DNA from: an uncultured Candidatus Bathyarchaeia archaeon
GTDB lineage: Archaea > Thermoproteota > Bathyarchaeia > Bathyarchaeales > Bathyarchaeaceae
Length of the DNA stretch: 64,000 bases
Assembly (NCBI GenBank): GCA_964399485.1
Contig: CAYNQS010000007.1
Coordinates: 12,662-76,661 of the forward strand
Direction of reading: 5' to 3'
Shown here: positions 63,901 to 64,000 of the stretch, piece after piece
Position numbering within the stretch: the stretch's first letter is position 1
Layout: each line of letters starts with the position of its first letter
Program-made: the position numbers and the translations under genes
The notes under the pieces: generated by a model
Databases searched by the model: none
What the model saw: only the letters and a program-made list of their open reading frames with translations
Told to the model about the DNA's origin: nothing

Positions 63901-64000
63901 CTATTGGTCTAACGCTACTTGTGTTTTCAGCACATCTCCTTTCTTCTCTACTCTACAAATGCTTTGGTTGGTGCAGCCGAATAGCGCGCTCGCTTTTTCT
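63901..64000 (-). CDS. 3' end of a gene running off the window; the tail resembles an XRE-type HTH
   Basis: Own reading: ..EKASALFGCTNQSICRVEKKGDVLKTQVALDQ, with the stop at 63901-63903. Confidence 0.25.
   Translation of the reverse strand, partial: EKASALFGCTNQSICRVEKKGDVLKTQVALDQ

Overview
Archaeal chromosomal window with about 80 genes. No rRNA, tRNA or CRISPR array was recognised. Archaeal markers are a nop5-fibrillarin pair, a uL3-uL4-uL23-uL2 cluster and a Y-family Dpo4-like polymerase. The C1 genes are of the methanofuran/H4MPT type: fwdDBAC plus mch, ftr, and an NAD(P)-type MtdA-like dehydrogenase rather than F420-dependent Mtd. No mcr gene is in the window, so a non-methanogenic Bathyarchaeia-like lineage is plausible, but that is inference only. 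Many genes start with TTG or GTG and are preceded by GGAGGTGA-type Shine-Dalgarno sequences. Housekeeping genes fill roughly 0-31 kb and 38-50 kb: pyrD/pyrK, RNA methyltransferases, pncA, HIT, feoAB-dtxR, flavoproteins, CDF, msrB and a CysRS-like gene. Two patches that look more AT-rich by eye (about 31.1-37.5 kb and 50.2-62 kb) appear accessory. The first starts with a decayed tyrosine-integrase pseudogene and a promoter/terminator-bounded structured RNA candidate. Top candidate for an undescribed system: a module present twice in the window. It consists of a divergent polyprenyl-synthase-like protein (first DDxxD motif intact, second degenerate), a convergent ~78-aa small protein with a Nif11-like pattern, an atypical MFS permease, and a nearby ParA/MinD-like ATPase. 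The copies lie at 32.2-36.6 kb and 53.6-59.3 kb. The second copy sits near a signal-peptide-less S8 subtilase and a KaiC-like ATPase fused to a TRASH-like Cys motif. Second candidate (24.7-30.2 kb): three divergent paralogues of an uncharacterised Pol-beta-type nucleotidyltransferase. They are clustered with a stand-alone PP-loop Asn-synthetase-like ATPase carrying a zinc ribbon, and with a CPBP protease. Other oddities are listed in the findings, including twin acidic/basic micro-ORFs, a DedA gene inside a truncated r-protein operon, a CysRS paralogue with two altered Zn ligands, and 25-bp direct repeats bracketing a small gene. All functional calls rest on reading the translations and recalling family motifs; no database search was run.
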